From Felis catus (taxonomy: Eukaryota), in contig NC_058368.1 of the NCBI RefSeq assembly GCF_018350175.1, positions 6,448,001 to 6,512,000 on the forward strand: a DNA stretch of 64,000 nucleotides, read 5' to 3'. The translations under genes and the position numbers were made by a program. The notes beneath the pieces are model-generated. The model did not search any database, was not told where the DNA came from, and saw only the letters and a program-made list of their open reading frames with translations. Shown here one piece after another: positions 12,975-26,564 of this stretch (position 1 is its first letter; each line of letters begins with the position of its first letter).

Positions 12975-14180
12975 ATGAAAACCTTACGCTCTGTGAAAGA
13001 TAGTCAGGAGAATAATAAGACCTACCACAGACGGGGAGAGAATGTTTGCAGAAGACATAATCTGATAAAAGGCTGTTGTCCATAATATACAAAGACCTCT
13101 TAAAATTCAATAAAAAGAAAACTAACAACCTGATTAAAAAATGGGCAAGAGACCTGAACAGACATCTCGCCAAAGAAGATGTACAGATGGTGGTCACAGC
13201 ACATATGAAAAGGTATTTAATATCGTATGTCATCAGGGAAATGCAAATTAAAATGAGAAAACCACTTCACACCTTTCAGAATGGCTAAAATCCAGAACAC
13301 CGACAACACCAGATGCCGATGAGGGTGTGGAGCAACGGGAACTCAGATACACGGCTGGTAGGAGCGCAAAGTGATACCGCCACTTTGGAAGTGAGATCAT
13401 GACCGGAACCGAAGTCCGACGCTTAACCCACTGAGCCACCCAGGCGCGCCCCGACTGCCTGTTTCTTATAAAAATAAACATATTCTTACCATACAGTCTG
13501 GCGGTCCTGCTCGTTGGTGTTTACCCAGATGAGTTGAAAACTTTTGTCCGCACAAAAACCTGCACACAGCTGTTTATTCCTCACCACCAGACACGAGAAG
13601 CAACCCAGGTGTCCTTCAGTAGGTGAATGGATAATCACACTGTGCTTCGTCCAGACAGTGGGACGTTATTCAGCGCTAAAGAGAAACTGGCTGTCTTGCC
13701 ATGAAAAAGCAGGGAACCTGAAGTGCTTATTACTAAGCAAGTATGACTAATTGTAATTAATGACGATTCCTACTATATGACATTCTAGGAAAGGCAAAAC
13801 AAGACAGTAAAAATCAGTGGTTGCCAGGAGTTGAGAGGGGGTGGGGTGAGGGCGGTAAACAAGTGGGAGCATAAAGGATTTTCAGGGCAGGGAAGCCATT
13901 TTGTTGAAACTGTAATGGTGGATACATGCGTCTTTTATGCGTATGTCAAAACCCATGGAATGTATGCCATCAAGAGTGGACGGACCCTCATGGAAACTAG
14001 ACTTTGGATATCACGATACGTCACTGCGGGTTCATCAGTTACAACAAATGCATCACTCTGGGGTGGGATGTTGATCGTGGGGAGGCTGTGTGTGACGGGG
14101 TTAGGGAATATATGAGAACTTTTCTGTGCTCTCTGATAAATTTTCCTGTGAACCGGAAACTGTTCTTAAAAGTAAAGTCT
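12975..14180 (+). mobile_element. Old L1 (L1MB/MC-like) ORF2 end and 3'UTR
   Basis: ORF 13076..13288 ([18 protein letters not shown]) is L1 ORF2 C-terminal-like; L1M 3'UTR motifs follow. Confidence 0.85.
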
Positions 14181-14969
14181 TATTTATTTATTAATTTTTA
14201 AAGTGGTATCTCTGGCAGAGAGAAGATGCAGCTCTGCCTCGCACAATCAGGGTAGACGATTATTAAGTGTTCGTTGAATGAATAAAGGAACGATGTTAGG
14301 GTTTGGAAATTCAAGCAGGTACTTATTCCTGTCTTTTCAGAAATGTTTTTTATTACATTTTTTAAAAAGTGAGAGTAGTTGTGTCTGGCGCTCATAAGGA
14401 TCCATGCAGAAAAAATTAACTCAGAATGCAAAATAGTGATTTTTTGAGAGTGCCAGATTTTTAGAGAGTGCTTAGATTTCAAAATATGGATTAGAACAAT
14501 TTAAGGCCACTAGAGAATGTTAGGCGCAGCGTAAGATACCTAATGTTTCTGATTGTGAACGAAGCGGAATCTTAAATTTAGAAACCAACATGATTTATTT
14601 AATTCTCACAGGAAGTAAAAGGAAGGTTAAGTTCCTGAGATTCTATTTATACATAAAGCATGCAAAATGTGAGCACATTTTTTCCCGGCGAAGTTTAATG
14701 GGAACCAAGTTTCACGATAACTCACGTAGCAAATGAGTGAACATTCCATAGTGTCTTAAAACTTTACAACTTTGGGTCAATTTCAGACATACATGAATTT
14801 CCACAATACATTTTCAAAAGCTGTAAAGGCCTTTGACCGTGACACTTTAATTTTATAATCATTTGCACAAAATCCCACGTGTCGGCAGTCCTCAGCAGTG
14901 GCGAGAACGTGTGAAGGCTGCCTCAGCAGTTCTTAACAGATGGCCTTCTCCATTCATTCTCTCCTATAG

Positions 14970-15104
14970 GCAAACATGCTGAAGACATATTTGGTGAGCT
15001 GTTTCATGAGGCTAACAACTTCTACATCAGAGCAAATTCTCTTCAAGACAGAATTGATCGCCTCGCTGTCAAAGTTACCCAGCTGGATTCAACAGTGGAA
15101 GAGG
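14970..15104 (+). CDS. WASF3: WASF3 coding exon (WHD/SHD domain: KHAEDIFGELFHEANNFYIRANSLQDRIDRLAVKVTQLDSTVEE)
   Basis: Polypyrimidine tract plus tatAG acceptor, GTaggt donor; 135 nt; manual translation matches WAVE3 WAVE-homology domain (too short for the ORF track). Confidence 0.97.
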
Positions 15105-17221
15105 GTAGGTAATGGCACGGAAGCAACGAGCTAGAGGTGATGTTGACAGGACAGCAGTAATTAATTGTGGTGTCATCACTGTTTTTTCCTTGGGGTAGTG
15201 TACTGATACTTCATCTTGTCCTTTCTGGAAGAATATTAAGGGGGGGGCGGGACCCCAACATTGGGTTACTTAGTAATTAAAAGATTCTTGTCTGCCTTAT
15301 ATATGCCATACTCTTTTTAAAAATTTTACACGTAGAGTATTTGTGTTTAAAGGCTTCTTTGAATGAATTCGGTATTAGAAACCCTAATTTAGGTCATTGG
15401 TAGTTATTCTAAAGATACTTTCTTAGCCAAAACTCACAGAATCACTCAAAGGATGTGGTCCAACTAAGAGGGAGGGTGATACGTACACAGCATGACCGAG
15501 CGAAGGCTTCTAGCTGTACGCTTGTTGGGGTTGATGCCTGTAAATAATCTTGGTTGATCCTGCTGATTGCACACCTCAAGAAATAGCATTTACCGAAGGC
15601 CTTTAGCATCAGAGTTTTCAAATAAAGTCAGTATCGGTAAGCACTGTGTAGTTAACTGATCATCACTTTGAGGATTTACTGTGAAATTGTGACAGTTTCA
15701 CAATTAAAATTCTACAACTCCTCTTTAAAGATTTCACTTTCTGTAGCTTTCCAATGAGAGACTGAGGTTAGACTGGAAGAAAAAGAAAACTTGAAAAAAA
15801 GTGTAAGATGTGTCATTTCGTATTTACTTGAGGAGAACGTTCAGAGTAACAATTCCTGTGGTAGTTACCGTGTCTCGTTGCATTAAAGTGATCTTCGCAT
15901 CTGCTATTTCTACTAGACCTATAATAGTAGTGTCAGTAAAAGATGAAAGTTTTATTTATTTTTTTTAAATGTAGCATTTTATGCAATTCATCCCTCCTCA
16001 TTTATGTTCAGGGCTTTCCAGAGGTCGTTATTAAATTAGTGAATTAGAAATTTAACAAAAATGCAGAGCATGGAAATTTTAATATCCATGATGAACATTC
16101 TCTAGTCTGATTTTTACGATTCATCTTGTTTGAAAAAGGAAAACCTGGGTAGCTATGCGGTCTACTCAAATGAGAAATTTTATCATCTTAAGCCAGTCAT
16201 TCATTTTTCAAATTGGTATCACAACTGATTTTTAATATTTATTCATCTGCCTTCAGTTTTGTTTTTCTTTTTTTCTTTTGTGGGCTCTTGCCATCGGAAC
16301 ACCAGTGATAAACCTTGGGCTGGAAAAGATTAATCTGTGCATTAGATTTCCTAAGATTTTGCAGTGCGTCTATCTCATATCCTCAAAATCATTTCCAGTC
16401 AAGATTTACCTGATTACTGTCCTTGGCATGGAGGTTATAGTAGAAAAAAACATTTGACCAAGTTAGGAAATCTGTGTTCTATCTCAGGCCTACCTTTTTT
16501 TTGCTGGGTCACCTTGGAAGGGTCACTTAACACCGTCATGACACTCCCCTTCATCGGTCAAGTGGTTAATGGACCAGGTTGGCCAATTCAAAAAGTTGAC
16601 GTCACAGTTAGATGAGTTAACACATGAGGTACGGAGCGTTGTGCCAACAAGAAATAAGTATAGTCAGCCCTGATTTTCTCACCCCTGAGTGTAGTTTTTG
16701 TGTCCTGCTACTTAATTTCTAGGACTGTAGAAAAGCTTTGCCATCTTTCTTTAACGTTCGCGTCAAGAAAACTTAATGCGCTTTTTACATTTGTGTGTTT
16801 TTTGCAGACGTATTTCGTACATGTGTTACAATTCAACTGGTATTAACTGTTTGAATGTTTTTTTCCTTCTAGGATACCCAGATCTTTGCACTTACATGCC
16901 TGTTACACTCAACTGTATTCCTTGTGGTTTCTGCAAAGTGCTAGTATAAAGAATGATGCTCTAATGCTAGGTTCAAAGAAATAATTAGATCACTACAGAA
17001 GTGGGCAAGATGTGATTCGACTTCATTTTATAGAGATAACTATTATTTATAAGAGGGAAGGAAGGCACATGCTATTTAATGCACAGGCTTTTAAACGAAC
17101 AATAAAAACATGATTTTGTTATCCTAGGGGATATTTACGATTATGTCTCAAATGATGCTTATTTCTGCACAGTGAAAAATATTTCTGCATAACTCAACTT
17201 GGGGGGCTTTTCTCTAAATAG

Positions 17222-17375
17222 TGTCACTACAGGATATCAACATGAAAAAAGCTTTCAAAAGTTCCACGGTCCAAGACCAGCAGGTGGTTTCAAAGAACAG
17301 CATTCCTAATCCCGTTGCTGACATTTACAACCAGAGTGATAAGCCGCCTCCTCTGAATATTCTTACGCCGTACAG
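17222..17375 (+). CDS. WASF3: WASF3 coding exon ([52 protein letters not shown])
   Basis: atAG/GTatgg boundaries; 154 nt; overlaps ORF 17221..17409; phase-compatible with neighbouring exons. Confidence 0.97.
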
Positions 17376-18847
17376 GTATGGCTTCGTGCGTTCCTGGTGC
17401 CGTTTTTAGTCTAGATAAGCTGAGACAGGAGGGCAGTGCTGTGAAACTATTTACGCTGTGAAAATAATAATTGTATTATATATACAACAAAATTAGTTAC
17501 TGGTACGGAACTGCTAAAGGGTTCATATTTGAAACTGTAGATAAACTCACCGAGAGAAGCGTGAACTGTCGTGTCAGCTTTTGTATCTGAAGTAGACACC
17601 TGCAGTACCTATCTCCTTTTGTAGATATCTGAGCGTAGATATCTGAAGTCGAAGCGGACACATCATATGGTATCGTGTGTGATGTTTTTCCTCATATCCA
17701 GAGTCAATTTTAAAGGAACTGCCTAGTTCATGTACAATGTGGCAAAATGCGGGTCTCAGCATTTCAGCACTGCAGAAAAACGTATTCCGTGGCAGTAGGG
17801 GTTTCTAAGAGGGAATAATATAGTCAACGAATTAACCCGTTACTGTCAAATGGTAGGACACGTTATTAGGACCAGACTTCTGACAAAAAAACTGGAGAAT
17901 CAATGGCGAAGAAAATGAATATTCAGAAACTGAAAATGCTGTTTAAAAACACCTCTCCTAGCTGTTACCACATTCGTGTTTTCTTTCCATATTCTGTCAC
18001 CTCGTCTCCCATCTCCCTTATCTGCAGACCTTCTCATTGTCCCTCATTGCACACAACTTGTTCTTCTCCCACACTTACCCTGCTGGTGAACTCACTCCCT
18101 CACAGCACAGGCTGTGGTAGGGGTGGTCTTCACTGTCCTCAGGATTAGCTCCGCTGGGTGGCGTTCTTGACCGCGGAGGGAGTTCTCTGCTTCCGGTGCC
18201 ACCATCTTGGTTGGGCCTTTGGTACTTCTCAGAGAGTGCTCAGACGTTTTTGGGTCTGAATTCCTGTCCCTTCTCGGGGTCCAAAAGGAGATGTTCGGAC
18301 CCACCCTCCATTGAAGCTCTGCTAATAGAGTAGCAGTTCCAACTGTACCCCCTTCTTTTAGCACAGACAGAAAGATTCTCTCAAAAAAGAAGTCCTAGAA
18401 ATCCCCTGGAAACTGTGATGGGAGAGGGCCAACCTGTCACAGGGAAATATGTCGGCTTTTCTGGAAGGTTTAGCACACGCGTCTAAAAATTGATGGTCTA
18501 TATGACTAGTAGTATTGTAAGCCTAATGTTTTAACTTGTGATTTTGCTTTTGTTCATAGGCATTTTTCTGGGGCAATTTCAGTTTCACTTAGCACTGGAA
18601 GCCCTAAGGGCGGGCCTGTTAAAACTTTCCTAAGACACCTCATTAAATATTCTAAAGGAAAAAGCCCATAAAACTCAGTGAGCCACTTATATTTGATAAA
18701 TCAAGATCATGATTAGATAATTTGTGGTGACAGAAAAATTCTAATTATATAAAAAATGACTTGTATATATTGGATGTGTGCATTCAGTTTTAGGGAAAAT
18801 AAAAATGTCTCTGACTTTTTAATAGTGTGTTTAAGAAGAGCAGTGCT

Positions 18848-19262
18848 GGGGCGCCTGGGTGACTCCGTCATTTAAGCGTCCGACTCTCGATTTCGGCTCA
18901 GGTCATGATCTCACTGTTGCAAGATCGAACCACACGTAGGCCTCTGCGCTGACAGTGTGGAGTCTGCTTGGGATTCTCTCTCCTTCTGCCCCTCCCACCC
19001 CTCAAAATAAATGAATAAACTTTTAGAAAAATAGAAGGGGCGCCTGGGTGGCTCAGTGGATTAAGTGTCTGACTTTGGCTCAGGTCATGATCTCACAGTT
19101 TGTGGGTTCAGCCCCCACTTTGGGCTCTGTGCTGACAGCTCGGAGCCTGGAGCCTGCTTCAGATTCTGTGTCTCCCTCTCTCTCTGCCCCTCCCCTGCTC
19201 ACACTCTGTTTCTCTTTCTCTCAAAAATAAGTAAACATTAAAAAAAAATTTTTTTTTTAAAA
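18848..19262 (+). mobile_element. Two tandem CAN-SINEs (18848-19020, 19037-19262)
   Basis: Two ggggcgcctgggtg starts; outer TSD-like aaga(ag/a)cagtgct. Confidence 0.9.
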
Positions 19263-19847
19263 AAGAACAGTGCTGACTCAGATGTACTTTTTGATAGTAA
19301 AATAATATTTGTGGTATATAAAATACTAAATAAAGATTGCTTTATATGAGCATTACGATGTGACCAGAAAATGACGTATTCACTTGCTGTAAACACAGGA
19401 TATTGCTGCTTATATTCTTGTGTTTAGATTAGTGTTTGTTTACTTATACGAGCTTCTGCCTTCATTTAAAGTATTAGCTCCCCTCTTCAAAAAAAAAGTG
19501 TGGATTTTGTATGTTTTAAATTTTGCAGCAAGTTACTGCTCAGTTTTTTCTGTATCTTCGTCTATATAGAAGGCCTCGTATCTTAGGGAAACATATATGT
19601 TTCACAATAACGTTCTTAATAAAATCTCTATAATGGAAGTCTCATACCCGTTAGGAAACTTGGGAAGGAAGTGAATTGCCATGGTTAGTGATCTTCAGAC
19701 AGTTGAACGGGCCAGAATAGCCCCTGTAGGAACTTGGGCCTTAGTTTGAGATGATGAGAAGTTCAGCAGGAGCAGGAACTTCAAGGACAGGCAGGGTTTT
19801 CCCCTGGACTCATTCAGTTAGTTTTCTTTGACTGTTTAGGCAGAAAC

Positions 19848-20206
19848 TTTTTTTTTTTTTTTTTTAATTCAAGTTACTTAACATACAATGTAGTCTTGGT
19901 TTCAGGAGCAGAACCTGGGGATTCATCTCTTACATATGACACCCAGTGCTCATCCCAGCAAGTGCCCTCCTTAATGCCCCTCACCCATCTAGCCCGTCCC
20001 CCCACCCACCTCCCCTCCAGCAACCCTCAGTTTGTTCTCTGTATTTAAGAGTCTCTTATGGTTTGTCTCCCTCTCTGTTTGTATCTTCTTTTTCCTTCCT
20101 TTCCCCTATGTTCATGTGTTTTGTATCTTAAATTTCACGTATGAGTGAAATCACAGATACCTGTCTTTTTCCACTGACTTATTTTGCTAGTTCCATCCAT
20201 GTTGTT
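19848..20206 (-). mobile_element. Short 5'-truncated carnivore L1 3' end
   Basis: Poly-T followed by the reverse complement of the same 3'UTR family seen at 61300-61580. Confidence 0.85.
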
Positions 20207-20619
20207 CAGCATAAACTTACACTCCTCTCACTGTGCCTCATTTCATGTTGCTTTTATCTGTGCCTCAAATGACTTGTTGAAACACTAATTTGAAATGTAA
20301 ATGTTCTGCTTCCTCTTGAAGGTAATCTACAGGCCAAATACTTTATGATTATTTTGAGTGTTACTGTTGATTTATATTACAACTTGGGATTTGTATTGGC
20401 TTTATGATAGGCGAATAACTCCTATAAACACCCAGAATATCCTTTCAGACCACAGTAGTTACAGCAGGACTCGAAAATGAAATGCCACGAGTGAATTCTC
20501 TTTGTGGATTACTTCTACTTCTGTCACACTTACACACCTTGAACACGTTGCTTCTTTCCAAATTGAATTTACAGATGTTGGGCCAACCTGATGTAAAAAA
20601 AAGGAATAGCATACTTTCT

Positions 20620-20659
20620 AATTAAAAAAAAATTTTTTTAATGTTTATTTTTGAGAGAC

Positions 20660-20707
<48 letters not shown>

Positions 20708-20872
20708 TATGAATGAGGGAGGGTCAGAGAGAGAGGGAGACACAGAATCCGAAGCCGGCTCCAGGCTCCGAGCTGTCAGCACAGAGTCCAATGTGGGGCT
20801 CGAACTCACAGACCGCGAGATCATGACCTGAGCCGAAGTCGGACGCTTAACTGACTGAGCCCCCAGACGCCC
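20620..20872 (-). mobile_element. CAN-SINE with (GA)n
   Basis: Antisense SINE body. Confidence 0.9.
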
Positions 20873-21301
20873 TGTGTACTTCTTAATTTTTATCCTAATA
20901 ATATTGAAACTCCAGAAAAGAGGTGAATATATATACACAAACCAAGAATCCATCCATCTGTGTGTGTGGCCCCTGTTGGAATAAGCAAAATGTTTCCTGA
21001 AATAATTGAGGTATTAGATATTGTTGTTTATGAGCCATCTTGTGATTTTTAGGCACTTTTCTGTACTTAAACCTGAATTGGCAAGAGTACTTTTTGCCTG
21101 ATTATTCTAGAAAACTTTGCCCTTCCTGCATGTTTGCAGTTTTTGTCAAATAAGGAAATCGGAGAAACGTAATATATAGGATAGTTAAAATGCCCCATGC
21201 AGACGTTATCCTCTCATAAGTTGAAATTAAATTAGTATTAACCCCATCTGAAAATGTCTAACAACCTTTTCCCCCCCAACTTGTAATACATTGATTTATA
21301 G

Positions 21302-21419
21302 AGATGATAAAAAGGATGGGCTGAAGTTCTACACAGATCCTTCCTATTTCTTCGACCTCTGGAAAGAAAAAATGCTCCAGGACACGGAAGACAAAAGGAA
21401 GGAGAAAAGGCGTCAAAAG
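21302..21419 (+). CDS. WASF3: WASF3 coding exon ([39 protein letters not shown]; meander region and start of basic region)
   Basis: atAG/GTaaat boundaries; 118 nt; ORF 21291..21491; hallmark WAVE motif [16 protein letters not shown]. Confidence 0.98.
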
Positions 21420-22001
21420 GTAAATAATTCTAGGACGGGAACGTGCATACTTATGTGTCAGGGAGCTTCTTGTTTAGAAATAAGTCAGTAAGTTCTTTAT
21501 TTAAATGGTTGAGAGGCTGGATTTAGGGCAGAAGTAGGTTGCATTTTTTACATGAAGATACTGACCATTCAGTCTAACACAGTAATACTGTATTTCAATA
21601 AATACTATCTGATTTGTTCCCTAATACTTGCATTGCTTTAACAGAAGTAGAGGCTAATATTTCAGTTCCGTTTGTAACTGTGTTTTATAGCTTTTCTCCT
21701 GCTGTTCTTTAAATATATATCATGGAAACATCAGATACAATGATCTGTTCTCATCTCTTGAAAGCATTCTTAATTGGTGGGTTGGCACCTCGCTGTAATT
21801 AATACCTTGGTGAGATGTTCATGTTGAATTGAAAAGCATGTGTGATCTGTACATATAGGGGATAGTATTTACTAAAAAATGAGACTCCTTTCAGTGAGGT
21901 GGTCGTAGGCAAGAGAGTTGCAAGTCTGAAGGTTGACAAACATCCACATTATAAGCACTCTTAGAAGAATAAGCCACTCTGGTCAGGTGTAGGGACTTCT
22001 G

Positions 22002-22212
22002 GGTTTTTTTAATGTTTGTTTATTTTTTGAGAGAGAGACAGAGTGCGAGCAGGGGACGGGCAGAGAGAGAGAGGGAGACACAGACTCCGAAGCAGGCTCC
22101 AGGCTCCGAGCTGTCCACACAGAGCCCGACGCGGGGCTGGAACTCACGGATCGTGAGATCATGACCCGAGCCGAAGTCGGACGTTTAACCGCCTGAGCCA
22201 CCCAGGCGCCCC
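22002..22212 (-). mobile_element. CAN-SINE
   Basis: TSD tagggacttctg. Confidence 0.92.
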
Positions 22213-23572
22213 TAGGGACTTCTGTTTTAAAAACTGTCCTTTGGGGCCCAGAAATTAGACTTAACCCACTGAGAGTTAATTCTCCAAAGGCAAATATTTG
22301 CTAAGACTCATGTATATAAAGTATGTTTCAAAAAAATGAGCACCTGTTTTGCTTGACAAAGATTAGGGTGCTTTGGTGAGGACAAATTCTTGGTATCTTG
22401 TGCGGTGGTGGCATTAATGTGTGGCAGTATTTAGATGTACTGGCCCCAGAGAAGTGACAGTTTGGGATGGAAGAGAATTTGGGATGTGAAAATAGGATTT
22501 AAGAAAGGGACGTGGAAAGAGTTTGCAGACTGCAAATGTAAGATGTTCTCACGGAAGTCCAGGGAAGAATTCCAGAGGTTGGTTATTCATAGTCTCTCCC
22601 TGCACTGTGGGTCGGGGAAATCAATTGGGAAATTTGGGGAAGAGTATTCCAGTGGAAAAGTATCCAAGGGAAGAAATTACAAAGTATTCAAGTGAAGAGA
22701 AGAAAGACCCTAATCTCTTGACAGGAAAAGAAACATTTATCTAAAGGCCCATTGGTCTCAGTCCCTATACCTTTTTATATTAACAGAGGTTTAAGAGTAT
22801 TTTCCTTTAAAACATAATGTCCTTTTAAATGGCCTTCTAGGTTTCCCTTCTCGGTGATATCTTGGCAAAAATACCTAATTTTTTCAGCATTGTTCTTCAG
22901 GGAAAAACAGTGTTAGTCTATGGATGATTATCACGTCTTCAAAATGACGCCATTTCCTTGGCTGTTTTGTCTCATTGCACATTCCTCCGACACATAGAAT
23001 TCTGATAAGGGCTTCTTATTCACTTACATAATAATGCGTCTCGAATGCCTTCTAACTGCTGGATAAACAGCGGTGAGAAAGGATTATCGCCCTCACGGAA
23101 ATGACAATGTAGCAGGGGAGACAAACATGAAGTAATCATGCAGCCCGCTGGAACTCATAAAGAGGGAAAGAAGTTTGAAAATTCTAGTACAAATCTGCTT
23201 TTATTAGGTAGGAATGCAAAATGAGGCCAGATAGCCTTCATTTCCCAGGATTTCGTAAACACGGGTCGCTGCTTTCAGTTTTGCACTGACAAATCTCTCT
23301 GAAGAAAAGTTAGTTTAGAAAAATTTAGGGGGTGAGAAGTCCATTGTTTCTGAACTCGCTTTCCTTAGTTTCCTGGTTTCGAAACATTTTTAGAATTGCA
23401 AATAAATAGGTAGTTGTGAGCGTGTCGTTACGGTGCTGTAAACGTTGCGAAGGAAAAGTGGTGTGCGGTGGGGTGAGGTGACGAGGAGGGGACAGCGTAA
23501 GTGCAGTGGAGTGTCATTCATTGAGCCTCAGCAGTGGGGAGTTAGAAGTCAGCTAAGCAGAGTTGGGGGAGG

Positions 23573-23573
<1 letters not shown>

Positions 23574-23618
<45 letters not shown>
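23574..23618. repeat. (TG)n(CG)n microsatellite
   Basis: Direct reading; alternating purine-pyrimidine tract. Confidence 0.95.
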
Positions 23619-23622
<4 letters not shown>

Positions 23623-25874
23623 ATGTGCTGGAAGAACGGAGGACAGAGGAGGTGGGGTGCATTTGGGGTAGAAGCAGCCAAGACCATACTGGGCTAGGAG
23701 ACAGTTGGGCACATTCTGGGACTTTAGGACAGTGTAGTTGGAGTATAGATGCGTCACTGTTAAAACTTTGTCAGAGTTTGTGCACGTGTATGTGTGCGCG
23801 TGTGTGATGTGCATGATGGTGGGTAGATTTGGAGGCTGAACCGCTGTAAAGACTGTTGCATAATCGTAGCAATACCTGAATAGTCAACATACATCATTTA
23901 AAAGTAAGGGTGAGAGTTACTGATCAGTGCAGTGGTCCTTAATCAGGATGCATATTGCTTGAAATCCATTGAAGTCTCCCTCCTTTGGGTTTCTACAGGT
24001 ATGCAGACAATGCATGCTGTAAAATGCTCAAATTACACCGAAGTGAATACATTAGAAAATTTGGGGAGAAGTTTCTTCCCTCCCCAGGTGTCACTAATCA
24101 GTAGTAACAGTTCAGGGCGCCTATTTTTAGGTCTTTTGGGCATTCGTAAATATGTGCGCACACGTTTCACCAAGTATTTTTACGTGCGTAGAATTGTACC
24201 ACTCTTGACGTGCACACACACGCAGACGTGTACGGATATTGACATAATTAAAGACCTTCTTTGGTCTTTTTAACAGTTGTATGGTACTCCAAGGTATGCC
24301 CCCTACGTAGACTATTTACCCAATAGCGTATTAGGAAATAGAGTGTAAATAATTGCTTAACCGCAATACTGCTGTATTCATGTGTCGATATCTCTTCTCA
24401 GTAAATTCCTAGAAGGCAAGTAGGAGTTTTACAATTTGAAAGATGCCATCATATTGCCCCTGACCATTAAAAGACTGAACCAGTTTATACTCTTAACAGA
24501 CTTCTTCTAGACCTGGGTGTTATTATTATTTTTTGGATGAGCTCACCCCTCCCCCTCATCTAATTTGCATCACACATCCTTATTAACCATTTGCATGTGT
24601 TCCGTGAGCTCCACGTTCACATCCTCCGCCAGGACATCGCCTACGCCTCCTGAACCCCTCTGCAAATAGTCCGGCTCCGCCTCGGCACCCACCGCGAGCC
24701 GTCAGCCGCCCCTTTTTCCAGGACCTGCCTGAGCAGCTTCTAATTGGCATCCCTGCCCTTCCCCCTTTTATCTTTTATTTAGTTTTATTTTATTTTTTTG
24801 CCTTCCCCTTTTTGATCCGTTCTCCACTACCTAGAGGGCCCTTCTCACATGCCTGGGCGGGGTGTCAGCCCCTCCCTTTGTCCCATTGCTCTCGGGGTAA
24901 AGAAAAACACTTGTGACACAGCCATTAAGGCCTTGCAAACCTTTTAGATCTTGGAGCCATTCACCTTAACTCACCATTTCCCTTCTTTATTCCTCCTGGC
25001 GTGCCACTGTCCGCCCTCCGCAGAGCCTCTGCACGTTCTCTCCCCTGTGGGCATGCTGCTGGCCCCTGCTCCTTTGCAGAATTAATGCCTGCACACCGCA
25101 GATCTGACTCTCAGTCACTCCAGGACACTCCCTGACTTCCAGACTAGGCAGCATTCGGTGTACGATGCACTTATGTTTCACTACGTTTTGTAGCTAGGCG
25201 TTTATTTGTGTGATTTTGTGGGCTTCGCCCACCGGATTGCAGGCTCCATGAGGGCAGATTCCGTGTTTGTGTGTTTGCTGTTTGTATCAGCAGCGCCTGA
25301 CATGGTGTCTGGGACGGAGTAAGCGCCCTGAGCCCACCTAGACCTGGTCATATAGTCAGCCTTTGCCAAGTGCACACTGTCTGTAAAGCCGTGTGTGGAG
25401 GTGCTTTTAAGAGGAGCGTAGGAGTTAAAGGCACACAGTTCTCATCCTTAAAGACCAGGACGTCTTACTCGGGAAGCAGGAAAAACACGTAAACACATGT
25501 AGAAATAACTGCCTTCACCTTTAAAGAAACACCTATGTAGGACCTGTGTATTTACTGGAGACATTTTTGCTGGCAACGTACGGCTGGCACAAGAATGATT
25601 CTTTGTATGTGAAGGTAAGTCCTAATCACGGTTTGCTTTGTGTTAAGCTAGTTGCAGGATTAGCTTGAATATTCTGTAATGATCTTCTAGAGACTGGAAA
25701 TAGAGGATTTTGAGTTATTTCATGAAACATGATGGCCTGTTAACAACTCAGTCAAAATTGTGCAGTGGTGGGAAATGATTTCTCTGCATGTTAGATATTT
25801 CACGTGTATAATACACATCTAAAAGGTACAGCACATTTGAAACAAGCTAAAAGCCTAGTAAGGTGTAAATTCTC

Positions 25875-26093
25875 TTCTTTAATTTTATTTATGTATTTTG
25901 AGAGAGACAGAGGGAGGGCGCCAGCAGGGGAGGGGCAGAGAGAGGGGGACAGGTGATCCGAAGTGGGCCCTGTGCTGACCGCAGAGAGCCTGACGCAGGG
26001 CTCATGACCCACGATGTATGCTGACCGTGAGATCATGACCTGAGCGGAAACCAAGAGTCAGACACTTAACCGACTGAGCCACCCAGGCGCCCC
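25875..26093 (-). mobile_element. CAN-SINE
   Basis: TSD taaggtgt(a/g)aattct. Confidence 0.9.
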
Positions 26094-26388
26094 TTAAGGT
26101 GTGAATTCTTTACCAAAAATGATGGTAAGCAATTCCTGTAGTTAGCTGCAGTACAGTCAGTAGCTTTCATTTATTTAGGTTACATAGTGAAGTCCCCGTT
26201 CCTTCTGTTGGGTCTGCGTTGGGTAAGAGAGTATGTGCTTAGAATTTTCTTAACGTTAAAACCACCGGAAATGGGAATGTCTCTTGTCTGCACACCACGC
26301 TTGTTGCCTATGCATTACGACTGCATTTAACTTCTGTTTTCCTCTCCCTTCTGTCTTGGCATGCTTGCCCTCTCTGCCTGGACACCAG

Positions 26389-26564
26389 GAGCAAAAGCGT
26401 ATAGATGGCACAACCCGTGAGGTGAAAAAGGTTAGGAAAGCCAGAAACAGGCGCCAGGAGTGGAGTATGATGGCATATGACAAAGAGCTTAGACCCGACA
26501 ACAGGCTGTCTCAGAGTGTGTACCACGGAGCGTCTTCCGAGGGATCCCTGTCCCCAGACACTAG
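26389..26564 (+). CDS. WASF3: WASF3 mutually exclusive exon A (EQKRIDGTTREVKKVRKARNRRQEWSMMAYDKELRPDNRLSQSVYHGASSEGSLSPDTR)
   Basis: ccAG/GTgtgt boundaries; 176 nt, phase 0 to 2; matches canonical WAVE3 as recalled; ORF 26284..26601. Confidence 0.96.
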
